A stretch of 64,000 nucleotides of DNA. It comes from Octopus vulgaris. Taxonomy: Eukaryota. A program made the translations under genes and the position numbers. The stretch spans positions 31,372,001-31,436,000 of the forward strand of contig OX597826.1 of the NCBI GenBank assembly GCA_951406725.2. Reading direction: 5' to 3'. Positions 22,296 through 35,262 of this stretch are shown here, piece by piece (within the stretch, counting starts at the first letter, position 1; each line of letters starts with the position of its first letter). Under the pieces are notes generated by a model. It saw only the letters and a program-made list of their open reading frames with translations, was not told where the DNA came from and ran no database searches.

Positions 22296-25200
22296 AATAT
22301 CCGTACTTCTTTTCACGAATGCACTCAGTGACAGGCACCTTTTCTCCAGTCTGATCTTACTTACGAGGTGGTAACTAAAAAAGTTTACCAGCCCCTAGTC
22401 GGAGACAAAGGTACTCGTCACTATTCCTCTTACCCGCGTCTTCCATACTGTTTCTTTTAGTATGGCTACTACGCAGAAGAAACAAGCCCCCCTTTCCCTG
22501 TCATGGGAAGGAGGCGGTACAATTTCGATGATGAACTCCGCTGATAGCTGACAACAGTTGTTCGACAAAACCTATCAGTCCCGATAACTCCGGAGACTAC
22601 ACGAATATATGCAAGACGGTTTCCCTATCCTGCCCGCATCTCGGGCATATCGGTGAGATGGCACTACCGTGCCTCGACAGCTTATCTCGAACCGGTAGTG
22701 CCGCACGGAAGCACTGCCAAGCTAAGGATTTCTGGTAATTATCCTCATACTTCGGCCCGAACGTTCTTCTGAACAGGTTGATCAACTGATTTTCATCGTA
22801 GCCCAGGGTCTCCCCCAAGGCGTCTTCTGACATAGATCCCACTAACCCGCTATAGAACTCCGCGGTAGAACTCCTGTTGCCGACATTGCCCACCCGAGAG
22901 AGTAGCAGAAGCGCCTGGCGACACTCCAATTGCCAGTCCCCCACCCTAGGTCTCTGCTTGATCCATGTACCAATGTCCATTAAGGACGTTAACCGCGGAA
23001 GGTAGAACCGGACGTGCGGTGACCACACCTGCTCCCCATCCAGGTAAAGCCAGAGGTGCCTCAGCCTTATCGCGAGTTTTCGCATCCTTAGCCAAGGCAT
23101 CCCCAGCCCACCCTTTAGCGGTTTCTGGCAGCAGACAGAGCGCTTCACAAGCGGCATTCCTCTCTTCCACAAAAAGTGGAAAAGAATTCTTTCCATCTTC
23201 TTCAGCCACAAATCGGCGCAAGGCACCACAGACAGACAGTAGATGATAACTGATGCTATAATCATCCGCACCACCTCTGCCTTTCATAGCAAGGATAATG
23301 CCCGCCCAGACCAGGTCTAGGTTAGAGCAGTCACCTTACTGGTTACCTCACTCCAATTTTTCTCTATCTGGAGGTCTGGGCCAAATCAGATCCCAAGCAG
23401 CTTAACAGGATCTTCCATCCAACGCCCCACGACGTTATTGGACGCCATCGACTGCCCCTCCAGGCGCCAAGTTGCAAACTGACCAACTTGTCCTTGTTAA
23501 CCTATGCTCCTGCCATCGCCTCGGAACTTTTGATAGCCTTTTCCACTACTGGAAGCTGGCCCTCATCTGCCACGATGATGGAGAGTCATCCGCATACGCC
23601 GTAGCTCCTCTTCCACATCACAGATAATTCGGCGCACCTCCTAGTGCCTCCAACTTCCGCAGCAATGGTTCAAGATCCAACACATACAAAATACAAAAAC
23701 GGATACGGGACACCCCTGACGCACTGAGCGCTCGATCGTAATGGCTTCGAAAGGAAACCATTCACCTAGACGACAGACTCGATGTCGCTGTACAAAGCAG
23801 CAATCCAACCGCGGAAGGTCGGGCCCAGGTCAGCCTTCTCGAGGACCGCCGCCAAGTACCGGTGATCTACCCTATCAAATGCTTTAGACTGTTCTAAATG
23901 TTCCAGTGCCCCCCCCCTACGCCAGAAAGCTTCCCTACTCTCTCTAAGAAGTAGCGTATAAGGTGGAGATTATCGTGGGTCGATCTTCCCGGGATGGCGC
24001 AAGTTTGTGCCCCGCCAACAAGTCTGTCCATGACCCGCGTCAACCTTTTCGCTAGCACCTTGGCCAAAATCTTTAACTTTGTATTTAGCAGAGTTATGCG
24101 TCTAAAATTACTTATCTCGTCCTTCGGGTCCTTTCTGATCAACGTCACCACCCCGGCTTGAAGACTTGGGAACTCTCCCATTCTGTTGCCAGTTGGCATA
24201 AACACTGGCCAGCAGGTGGCCGAACAAGTCTGGCATGCTTTTTATAAAATTCATAAGGTAAAGCATCGACTTCTCCCCGGGGCATTCGCCCAGCACCTCG
24301 ATCACCTCCTCGGCTGTGATTGGCCCTTCACAGCACTCAGCCTCTCGTGCCGAGAGACGCGGGGGCCGCCAGTCAGGAAGTCCCTAAGGGCCTCACCATG
24401 ATCCAGCGTCCCGCTCCTCCCGAACAACTCGGCAAAGTGCTTGTAAAGCGCCTCACACATTTCGTCCCGTCCATCGACCGAACGCCCATTGTCATCAACC
24501 AGAGATCTAATTGTGGCATCATTGCCACGCTGGGTTTCTACCGTACGGGTCCATCCGGCAACATTAATTCCCTTACGGCCCAATGCTCGCACTTTAGCCC
24601 GAACTCTGCACCCCTGGTGCTTGGCTTTGAGGTGACGGTCTAAGGCCGTTCTCGCTGCCAAAATGTGAGATGCAGAGCCTAACCTCAACGCCTCCTCTAA
24701 GTCCTTAACTAATCGTCCTTCTATTCTGGTCTTATCTAGTTTTAGCTGATGGCTAAGCCTAATAGACTCAAAACGAATGGCTCCCTTGAGGGCGAACTAC
24801 CGCCGGTTATTAACCATGGCGTCGGTTAACACCCTCTGTACTAGTTCCTTAATCCGGCTACGGTATGTCTCGCAAGTCAACATAGACTTGTTCAGCTTCC
24901 AGTAGCCAGATCCTCACTTAACTGTACTATGTTCAGCCTACACTTAACCATTCGATGGTCAGTGTAAGATACTTGAACAAGCTGTGGACAACTAAACTAG
25001 CCTTATCTCTAGTTCTAATTACTATCCTATCTAAGTCAAACCTGCATCGATCAGCCAGCTGGAAGCGCTTAAGCAGATCCACGAGACGTGAGTTTATCTT
25101 CCTACCAGTCGAGTCAACACTATCGATGCGTGCGTCAACGATAGCGTTAAAGTCTCCTAATAACACTTCGACGTCACGAGAAAGTTCTCTAGGAGACCGA

Positions 25201-25312
25201 TAAAAATCAGTTTGTAATCCTCTAGCACAAAGTGCGTAGATACCGCTCAACCTGAAGGCCTTACTGCTGTAATCACATGAAGTACGACAAGCCCACCCTC
25301 AGGGTCCACATA

Positions 25313-26602
25313 CGAGGGGCGTTCAATAAGTAATGCCCCTGACCCACTTCCCATAGCAGTAGAGCAACGAAACTTGGCACAGTTATTAGTCTTTTTCTAC
25401 ATAGGGACCACCCAGAGTTACGCATTTCTCCCATCGTTTGATGCGGTTCTGGAGACCGTTTTTGTAGAAGAACCCAGCTTGGTCCTCCAACCTCAACGTG
25501 ACTTCAGAAATCAAGGCTGCATCATCTGGGAAACGCTTTCCTTTCAAAAACAACTTCATGATTGGGAAGAGGTGAAAATCAGAGGGTGCAAGGTCAGGAA
25601 AGTAGGGGGGATGGGGAGGAGTTCATAGCCATACGCCTGTGCTTCTGATCTGGCGACAAGCGAGTTGTGGACCGGAGCGTTGTCCTGCAGGAGGAGGATG
25701 CCTTTGCTGATCTTGCCCCGCCTCTTGATTTTGATAACTTCTCTTAATTTCCTCAAAAGTGAAGCATAATAGGCTCCTGCAATTGTGGTACTCTTTGCCA
25801 GGAAATCTGTCATCACTACTCCGTCCTGGTCCCAGAAGACTGTGAGCATGACCTTGCCAGCGGAGGGCTGCACCCTTGCCTTCTTTGGAGGGGGTGAGTC
25901 ACGGTGCTTCCACTGCATTGACTGGGCTTTGGTCTCTGGATCATCGTGATGGACCCAGGTCTCATCCTGTGTAATCAGTCTTTTGAAAAATTTTGACTCA
26001 TCTTCTTGGCACATCTCCAAATTCACCCTCGAGCACTCGACGCGTTCTTGCTTCTGGAAAGGCGTGAGCAACCTGGGAATCCATCTGGCAGACACCTTTT
26101 GCATATGCAAATGGTCATGAATGATAGTTTCCACAGACCCGGTACTAATCTTGACCTCATGGGCTATTTGGCGAATAATTATGCGTCGATCTTCCAAAAT
26201 GGCAGCCTCAACTTGACGGACAGATGCCTCATCAATGGCAGAAGGGGGCGACCAGATCTGGGAGCTGTTTCCACAGAGTTCCGACCATGTTTGAATTCAC
26301 GATGCCAGCGTTTTACAAGGTCATATGATGGGGCATCATCACATAAGTTACTTTCATTTCATCAAAAGTCTCCCGTGGTGTGCGTCCTTTCAAATACAAA
26401 AACCGGATCACTGCTCGACACTCAACAGGCTCCATTTCACACTTGACTCGGTTCAAACACCTGTAAATCAGAAACCACAATTAATGCAGAGCTGTAATTT
26501 TCCACTTACTCTATAGAGATATAAATAATTGCACATGCAAAATTTCAGCTAGATCAAACATCTGCAAGTGGGTCAGAGGCATTACTTATTGAACGTCCCT
26601 CG
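25313..26602 (-). mobile_element. Full-length mariner (Tc1/mariner) transposon with frameshifted transposase
   Basis: TA TSD, TIRs CGAGGGGCGTTCAATAAGTAATGCC, motifs WIPRLL, ITQDETW and LQDNA. ATG near 26435, stop near 25385, frameshifts at both ends of the 213-aa ORF. Confidence 0.95.
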
Positions 26603-28496
26603 TAGACTGCACTTGTCTGCAAAGCCAAGCCTTTATGGATTAGTACCACTACACCCCCTCGTCCTCCTGTCTGGTTAGGAGACATGATTTTTTCATAGTC
26701 ATTCAGGAGAGGCGAGAAGGTTTGTAGACTGTCCAGCTTGTATATCATGTAATCATGATATCACTTGTATATCATGTAATCTGAGGTCGTCGAGGAAACA
26801 AGCCTGCTTCCACTTCGAAATCAGACCACTCACATTCAAACAACCAAGGTTAAGTAAGGTCATTACTAAAAGTAAAGGTTCTACTTATCCTTCACTGGAG
26901 AAGTTGGGGTCGACTTTACCACACGGAAATTAGTCCCTTCCTTCTCCTCCTTCTTCAGATATTTAGGTAAATCTGCAACCCTCCAGATGACTGTTGAATG
27001 CCTTTCCTTTAATTCCCTGTATAGAGTTTCCTCTATCGAGGCGCACCTACTTTTCAGGTCATTGTGTTGGGAGTACAATTTTGTTGTGGGATGCCCCACA
27101 ACAATGACATTGGTATATTTATCTTTTGCATTAAATCCTACCAAAATAATGTTCTCTTTGTCTTTTTTCACAGGGACGGTTGGGCGGGGTCTTTTTTTAT
27201 TGTCTGTGGTGCTTCGTTTGTATTCTTTGAAGGGGATATGGATGGGGATGGTGCCAATGTACGTTTCCGTACTACAGTAAACTCCCCCTCTCAAACCTCC
27301 ATGATATCGTCTGGCGGAGTTGCATTTTTCCAATAGGTGCCTTAGGGGGCGGGTGATTTTGTTTTTGTGGGGGCTTGTGTGTGCAGAGGTTGAGTTTTTT
27401 CATTATTTTGTTTGGAGACCGGCACCGCAGCAGCGAGGGTGTGAGTATTTGTCTTTGTGGCGGTTGGTGGGTGTGTGGGAGAGGGAATGTTTTTTACACT
27501 TGAAGGGCCTGGTGTCTGCGCCATCTTCTTTTTTCGTTCCTCACAATTTGCCCAAATGTGGCCGTTTTTGCCTCATTTGTAACATGTGGGTTTTTTTTAC
27601 CCTCCACTTAGATTTTTAATATAGTATTGTCACCCACAAGTACCCAGTCTGGAAGCATTTCGATATCTTCCTGGGCCCCCTGAATGATTGCCGAGATGCT
27701 CTGCCCGAGCCAATTCTGGAGAGCAGAGCATGTGATTTGGAAAAACTTGTCCGCTCTGTTAAACAACAGGGCGGCCATTACCTCCCTTGGACCCACTTCT
27801 GGTGGCACTTCTGACACCTTTACACGGGAAGTACGCCTCCCCGTGTAGGTTGGGAGAAACACCACTTCTTTAGTTTTCAGAGGGCTCACAGAGTACGTGC
27901 GAGCCATTTCCTCTGTGGCAAAACGCACCTCCACGGTACCATATGTCTTGCCTCTTGCAATGTAAGTTATGTCTTTCCATATTGGGGCAAGACATTTTTC
28001 AATGTTCTCCTTTTCAAAGTGCTTGAAGTGCTTGTTTTCTGTACAGCAGGTTTTAAACAAAATTAATTTTCTCTCCGTATCCACAGTGGTGGAGGAGGGT
28101 GTTATTTTCACATCACTGTCCTTCTCTTTCATTCTTTGGAAATATTCCTGTAGCATTCCTACAGGGATATCAATATTTTCTGCAAAGACTTTAAAACAGT
28201 TCAATTTTTTAACAGAAAAATATATACAATGACACAACGGCCACAGAAAATATCTAATAATTTCTATTTCCCGTAACCGAGAAACAGAACAGTTCAACAA
28301 ACAATAGTAACAAGTTCAACAATACCAGTTGTAGTAACAATATAATCCAACAGTAAATCCAACGATAATTTCAGCACGAAGCACAAACAACGATCGTAGT
28401 CTATAACCGGAAGCAAACTTCTTACCACACAGCCACGCTTGCGCCTCAATACACATAATATTAAAAATAGAATATGAATTTATCGTTACAGCAAAC

Positions 28497-29222
28497 GGAT
28501 CTTTTCCTTTTGAATGGCAGTTTTCAACACAATTTCTAGTTAACTAAACACTTTTAAACTTCGTATACTGGTAGAATGTGTCAAAATAAAACAATCTTTT
28601 CTCTTGGCTTTCTTGAGAAAATTGTAATTTGTTTGTTTAACGTAGTTTAATTTTTCGAATTTTAACCAATCCTATGGCCTCTATTGAGCTAAAATCATTT
28701 GCTGCGTCTAAAACTGAGACAACATTCTGTCATTAACCCTAACCCTAAATTTTAGCCTTTCGTTTTTTTTTTCTTAATTGTTAAATTAATTTAAGGATAA
28801 CAATTAAGGAGAAAAAAAACGAAAGAAATGGAAAATAATTTTAATTTAACAATTAAGAAAAAAAACGAAAGCAAAAACTCAAAACAAAAACAAAACGAAT
28901 AATTTTAGACACACGCGTAACAATTAAGAAAAGAAACGAAAGGCTAAAATTTAGGGTTAGGGTTAGAGTTAGGGGGAGGTTTAGGGTTAGTGACAGGATG
29001 TTGTCTCAGTTTTAGACGCAGCAAATGATTTTAGCTCAAAAGAGGCCATATGGTTAAAATTCGAAAAATTAAACTACGTTAAACTTAGAAATTACAATTT
29101 TCTCAAGAAAGCCAAGAGAAAAAAATGTTTTATTTTGACACACTCTACCAGTATACGAAGTTTAAAAGTGTTTAGTTAAATAGAAATTGTGTTGAAAACT
29201 GCGGTTCAAAAGGAAAAGATCC
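28497..29222. mobile_element. Foldback MITE with about 290-bp arms and internal TTAGGG repeats (Merlin-like)
   Basis: GGATCTTTTCCTTTTGAA / TTCAAAAGGAAAAGATCC, perfect 8-bp TSD CAGCAAAC. Confidence 0.9.
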
Positions 29223-29375
29223 CAGCAAACTTAATTTCATAAATATTACACGTTAAAATATAAATCCAAAACAAGAAAATATAATCATGAACGAAGAAAG
29301 AAAAAAAAAACATCAATTCAGCATTAAATGCATCAATCGGTCTCATACCATAAGGATCAACAGAACTTGCTAAAG

Positions 29376-29899
29376 CAGGGGTGGGAAACCTTTTGGTGTG
29401 GCGGGCAAAAATTTCCAATGGAGAAGGTTTGCGGGTGGACCACAAGTTCTCTTATATCAGTGTAAATCTTGTATATATCTATGTATACTTCGATATACAT
29501 TAATAAAGATAAGTTTAACACATTAAATTAACGCGTAACATCTTCATTAACATCGCCACTGAATTTTGGACGTTTATATTATCTTTGCGGTGTTCTATAT
29601 TTTCCAGTTAGAGTGTAGTTGGGTCTCAAGGGGATGGTACAAACCTAGCAATATATGTTTTACAGTGAAAACAAAATTTCCATTCATATGACAATTACCA
29701 GACGATTGCTGTTCAAGTCTAGCCATTTTAAGTTGTAGTGGAAACGCGACCTGTGTCGAAAATAGGTTATGAAAATTGTATAAATTTTATAATTGAAAAA
29801 TTTATTATATTTTGTACATACGAGTATATCGGCCTGCAGGCGTAATAAAATGTGCTCGCGGGCGCAATTGCATCCGCAGGTGGGGCTTTCCCACCCCTG
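29376..29899. mobile_element. hAT MITE
   Basis: CAGGGGTGGGAAA / TTTCCCACCCCTG, perfect TSD TGCTAAAG. Confidence 0.9.
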
Positions 29900-30190
29900 T
29901 GCTAAAGTAAACCAATACACTCGCGGTATTATCGCGGGTGACAGAGAGGCTAAGGCGTTGGATCAGCCAAGCACCGTCACGGGCATCACCTGATACTTCA
30001 GTAAGGTGAATTGTTAACGATGACAAGAACTTTGTTGTCGGTGGCCCACCTCCTCCAAACGCCTCAAACGCACAGGTTGGAAGAAATGAGGGAATCGTCC
30101 CCCAAAGCGCCATATCGCAGCGAACTGAAGGTAGTACCTCAGCGTGGCCGCAGTCCAATGACCTGAAGCAAGTATTAGATTGATAGATTC
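29900..30190 (-). mobile_element. CRE-like non-LTR retrotransposon C-terminal (restriction-like endonuclease) fragment
   Basis: AFEAFGG...LTEVSGDARDGAWLIQRLSLSVTRDNTASVL, interrupted by the hAT MITE, homologous to 48905-49106. Confidence 0.65.
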
Positions 30191-30694
30191 AATCACAAAG
30201 CTTTTATCAGCTCAGTGCGAAAGGTGAGGACTCTTGTCTAAGACGTCGCAAAATGGGCCTGACCCGGAAACTATGAGGTTGCGAAACAAACTTTTTAATG
30301 CCTAAACGCCATTGGCTAAACGTTGCAAACAATGCAACATAGCAACGAATGAGTTTTTATCGACTGCTTTAACGAAAAAATGGACGACATGAGAATTGTA
30401 ATTACTTAAGTGCCGACTAGCAGAATACGATAACAATAAAATATTAATCAATATTTCACTTGTATAAAAGTCCTTGTATTTATAAAATAAATTACCGACA
30501 CCGAGAAAATCTCATTGTTCTTCGATATGCTAGAAACAGCTACCATATTTCTCTAAGATCATACTTGTTTTAAATAAAGTAGGACATATTTGATTATATA
30601 ATCCTATACATGCAAAAAAAGGCAAACGCTTTGTATCATAAATCTGCTCCCGAGATCCAAAAAGTAACAATACAGGTCTATGTCTCCATTACCG

Positions 30695-30724
<30 letters not shown>

Positions 30725-30733
<9 letters not shown>

Positions 30734-30896
30734 GAAGGTTTGAAAATGCAAAGGTCTTTTAGAGATGTTTATTGACTTGACCGGTTTCACTTTTTTAGAA
30801 AAAGATTATCAAAAGTTATCTAAAAAAGTGAAACCGGTCAAGTCAATAAACATCTCTAAAAGACTTTTTGCATTTTCAAACCTTCTTTCATATATA
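30725..30896. repeat. Near-perfect palindrome (about 70-bp arms) of a Penelope-like terminal sequence within (TA)n
   Basis: Arms at about 30725-30796 and 30822-30896, each carrying GAAACCGGTC...AATAAA. Confidence 0.8.
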
Positions 30897-30931
30897 TTTT
30901 CCTCGTGCGGTTCCTTACAACTTTACTTTGT

Positions 30932-30963
<32 letters not shown>

Positions 30964-31319
30964 TGTATGTATGTATGTATGTATGTATGTATGTATGTAT
31001 GTATGTATGTATGTATGTATGTATTATGTTTGTATGTATTTGTGTGTGTATATACACACACACACACACATCCACTAAGTTAATGTTAAATGCAACATAT
31101 TAGAAATGATTATGCGCTGAGGAAAAGGCAGTATTAGTAAATGACGAATATAGTAATTATTCTATCAAGAACAAAAGAGACAACATTGTACTTTCTTCAG
31201 TTTTATTAGCCCTCCTCCGTGAAGTATAAACATCATCATATTTGCGAATCGTTATTTACCGTGGGAAGTCGCTAATAAAAACGTCAACGCTTTAATAATT
31301 AGACCGAATCATTAATCCA

Positions 31320-32314
31320 ATAACCGTGAAATACTTCTGTGTAATAAAAGATAATTACACTCATCTTGTGTGAATAGCTTCGTGTCCAAGGTTTTATTCC
31401 GACATGTGATAAATGAATGCATGTGGAGGCGCAATGGCCCAGTGGTTAGGGCAGCGGACTCGCGGTCATAGGATCGCGGTTTCGATTCCCAGACCGGGCG
31501 TTGTGAGTGTTTATTGAGCGAAAACACCTAAAGCTCCACGAGGTTCCGGCAGGGGATGGTGGTGATCCCTGCTGTACTCTTTCACCACAACTTTCTCTCA
31601 CTCTTACTTCCTGTTTCTGTTGTACTAGTATTTCAAAGGGCCGGCCTTGTCACTCTCTGTGTCACGCTGAATAGTTCCGAGAACTACGTTAAGGGTACAC
31701 GTGTCTGTGGAGTGCTCAGCCACTTACACGTTAATTTCACGAGCAGGCTGTTCCGTTGATTCGGATCAACCGGAACCCTCGTCGTCGTAACCGACGGAGT
31801 GCTTCCAAATGAACGCATACAGTGAGTATACTATGTTCAATAAAGATTTCTAGGAAGAATAAAGGTTTCGAACAACTTGCCATGTTCCATGATGACTTTG
31901 AGTAAACAGAAATAGATCAAGCTACGAGATTTACTTTCCACAGGCACTAGACGTAGAATACCATGACGAGCTACTGGTAGGGAATCAGATATCGAATTCA
32001 TGTGCCTGACTCTCTCTGTAGGTGGTGGTGGACCTTGTCGTGTCTCGAAGAAGCAGTTAGAGAAGAGAGGCTGATTTAAGCGGGGATGCCGTGGAAAGTA
32101 AATCTCGTAGCTTGATTTATTTCTATTTACTCAAAGTTATCACGGAATATGGCAAGTTGTTCTAAACCTTCCTTCTTCACAGAAAACTGTATTGAACATT
32201 GTATACCCACTGCACGTGTTCGTTTTTCACGCGTCAGAATAAAACCTTGCATGTGAAGTTATTCGCACGGAACGAGTTTTATTATCTTTTATTGCACAGT
32301 TTTATCGGTTCTAT
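31320..32314. repeat. Diverged long inverted repeat (about 225-bp arms) upstream of a Gypsy PBS
   Basis: 31320-31422 plus 31819-31946 is the reverse complement of about 32088-32314. Confidence 0.8.
31423..31806 (+). mobile_element. tRNA-derived SINE family C
   Basis: A box TGGCCCAGTGG, B box GTTTCGATTCC, TSD AAATGAA(T/C)GCAT. Copies at about 43010-43328 (-), 44680-44990 (-), 50515-50805 and 58160-58350. Confidence 0.88.
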
Positions 32315-32375
32315 CATGCGTGGAAAGCTATGAATTTTTTTCAGCGGTCAAATTATTCTACACTGGTGATCAACT

Positions 32376-33662
32376 CACTACAGTGGTGACTCCAGTCAGA
32401 AAAGAAAGGCATACCTCTTGGTTATAAGAAAATTTATACGCCATCTTTCGGCGGAAAAGGTTCTCTCTGAAAAAGATATGGCACGAATACGTTTTAGAAG
32501 AAATGCATAACTCGAGTCGACTCCAGCTTCAAACTATCCGACGTATGGAATTTCTCTAAGAAACATTTTTTCACTAACCAATGTTCGCTTTTGCTACCAT
32601 TTTTGCACGTGAAATTTTCTCCTAATGGCAATGTCGAACCGTGTTCATGTGTTCGATTGCTGCAGAACAACTGTGTCTGTGTGTTCAACACACGTGAACC
32701 TCTCTGTTGTGAGCTCCATATTTCAACGCGTGACATATTTTCTTTTGTCAGATACGACTTCGCGTTTTCTTTTATTCTCGTCCTTTGTCTCCTGACATTT
32801 TTTCTAGTTGGAGGACGTTATCCTATTTACTCAAGACGACGTGCGGAATTTTCTTTGACGTATCTTTTCTAGTTTTTGGTTATATCCAGCTTGTTCTTCC
32901 TTTTCCTAGACGCGTGTTCCGTTTTTCTTGCAGAAAATGAGCCACATCACTCTGCCCAATATCAATGGCTGTCCTGAGAAGTGATTTGCCCAGCTTGGAG
33001 AATTACTCATTGATGACATACAGACACTAGGACTTCATTTCACATTTCACGAAAGTACCTCTTGTTTTTTCTTGTCTGCGACGGTTGGCATCGGACAAGC
33101 TAAAGGTAGCTCAAATTTAAACATATGCACCTACTTGGTCTTATTCGGCCATACACGAGTCCATAGGCATCACATTTACACACGGCAAGCAAAAAAGGTT
33201 CCGCAGACTTCCGACCAGTTGGGGATTTCAGACACCTTAATGCCATCACTATCCCTGACCGCTATCCCTTACCACAACTTCAGGATTTTTCATCTGCTTT
33301 ATACGGATGCGCCGTTTTTTACAAGAATGACCTGAAACATGCATACCATCATATTCCAGGGAACCCAGCAGACATCCCGAAAAAGGCTGCGACCACTCGA
33401 TTTGGCTCGTTCGAGTTCGAGTTCTTATCCATGCCGCCAGCACTTTCCAGCGGTTTATTGACGAAGTCGTTCGTGGGATGGATTTCGTTTTTGCATGCAT
33501 GGACGACCTTATCATTGCCAGTGACACAGCTGACTATCATCATCAACACCTATCTCAATTGCTCCAGCGCCTCCGGTCGTACAATATCAAGGTCAACCCT
33601 GCAAAGTGTGTGTTTGGTACAATGTCATTAGAGTTCCTGGAACATCTTATAGACTCTGAAGG
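32376..33662 (+). mobile_element. Decayed Ty3/Gypsy internal fragment (LTR end, PBS, RT)
   Basis: CACTACA followed by TGGTGACTCC (Trp-like PBS). RT motifs PDRYPLP, AYHHIP, TFQRFIDEV, CMDDLII and KCVFG. Confidence 0.85.
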
Positions 33663-34542
33663 TCTATATGTTTGTGTGTGTGTCTATATGTGTGTGTGTG
33701 TGTGTGTGTCTATATGTGTGTGTGTGTGTCTATATATATGTGTGTGTGTGTGTTTGACCCCCATCACTGCTTGATAACCGGTGTTGGTGTGTTTACGGCC
33801 CTGTAACTTAGCGGTTCGGGCAAAGAGGTCGATAGAATAAATACTAATATTTCTTCAAGGCGGTGCCCCACCATGGCCGCTGTCTAATGACTAAAACAAA
33901 TAAAAGATAAAAGATATGTGTATGTATGTATATGTGAGTGTATGTATGTTTGTGTGTGTGTATGTATACATGCGTGGTGTGTGAGTACCTTCGTGTTTGT
34001 AACCCCCCCTAACACTCGACAACTGGTAGTGGGTTGTTCATGTCCTCGTCACATAGCGGTTCGACAAAATAACCGATAGAATAAGCACAGGGTTTAGAAA
34101 AATATGAAACAAAATAAAAGATACAGGGTTCGATTCGTTCGGTTGAAGCTCTTCAGGGCGGCACCTTAGCATGGTCGCAATCAAATAACTGAAGTAAATA
34201 AATGAGCGCCGCCTGTCCCGTGCAACGCCGGGTAACAAAACTTTTTTATTTATTTTTTATTTTTTATTTTACTTAAATAGGTATTTACTAGTAAATAGTA
34301 AATAGTTCATTTCTATCAGGACAAAATCGCTTTCATTGTATAGTGCTCAGGTGCTCTGAAACTCGCCGGGAAAAAAAGTAAAAAAGAGGGATAGGAAGGA
34401 ACAATATAGACAAGTCAAAGAAAACTCAGTGAAAACGGAATGTGTACGGACAAGTTAACACTGTAAAAAAAAAAAAAGCAAAAACAAAAAACATGGAAAC
34501 CAGACCGAACTTCCAGATGAAAGAAAAGGTTACATATACCCA

Positions 34543-34693
34543 TTAGCGTAGCTAAAGTGTACGCCACCCGGGGCGGTCTTTCAATTTGCCCCCCCTCCCA
34601 CCCGCCCACAAATTACGTTTTGCCTACAGCAGACCTAAAACTGGTGCCACCCCGGGCGGACCGCCTCCTCAACGCCTCCTCTAGATACGCAAG
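34543..34693. mobile_element. Short GC-rich MITE (TAGCGTAGCT-type ends); second copy at about 38577-38740
   Basis: Both copies share CCCGGGGCGG subterminal motifs and a TTTTGCCTACAGCAGACC core. Confidence 0.6.
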
Positions 34694-34832
34694 TACATAG
34701 ACCCAACATATATTCTATATGTACAATTAAATCGTTTATATGTCATATGCATCAAATAACTCGTTTACGCACATACACGCACGCTCTTGCTCGCCTTTTC
34801 TCTCTGCCTGTCTCTCTCTCTCTCTCTCTCTC

Positions 34833-34871
<39 letters not shown>

Positions 34872-35026
34872 CACACAAACATACGCAGACGGATGAAAGC
34901 GTTATTAAACAACAGCAGTCTTTCTACAATCGGTCTCATAAGTTCGCTGAAGGTGTACGACGAAGCGTCATCGAATTTTAAAACAAAAGAAGTTAGGCTC
35001 ACCGACACAGGTACTCTTCCGTACTC

Positions 35027-35027
<1 letters not shown>

Positions 35028-35079
<52 letters not shown>

Positions 35080-35166
35080 GTTCGTAATACAGTATAGGCA
35101 AAAATGCACCGGATTCATAGTCATCTGTCAAGTCACAACAAGGACCTCAGACAGATAATACTTTCC

Positions 35167-35254
<88 letters not shown>

Positions 35255-35262
35255 TATTATTT
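35028..35262. repeat. Two (TTA)n microsatellites
   Basis: Directly visible. Confidence 0.95.

Larger units (their letters stand above)
21636..28408 (-). mobile_element. Full-length decayed L1/Tx1-clade LINE inserted in SINE B; contains a nested mariner and a SINE array
   Basis: 15-bp TSD GGA(T/A)GCAAACTTCTT (21621-21635 and 28409-28423) splits a SINE (21301-21635 plus 28409-28445). ORF1-like frames at 26881-28300. ORF2 motifs LGDFNA, NFRRITLLN, QGCP, YADD and CPRC, all frameshifted. Confidence 0.9.

Noticed and set aside
28734-28990. Interstitial telomere or chromosome fusion site (opposed TAACCC and TTAGGG runs)
   Set aside because: The runs are short and are symmetric parts of a TSD-flanked foldback MITE.
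31423-31500. tRNA genes
   Set aside because: All tRNA-like sequences are SINE heads followed by repeat bodies, with no complete cloverleaf or terminator.
34893-35010. ATG-initiated segment ending in ACAG|GTACTC as an upstream SLC22 coding exon
   Set aside because: Splicing to 50047 is out of frame with the SLC22 ATG and in-frame stops precede that ATG. It could be a UTR exon but nothing supports it.
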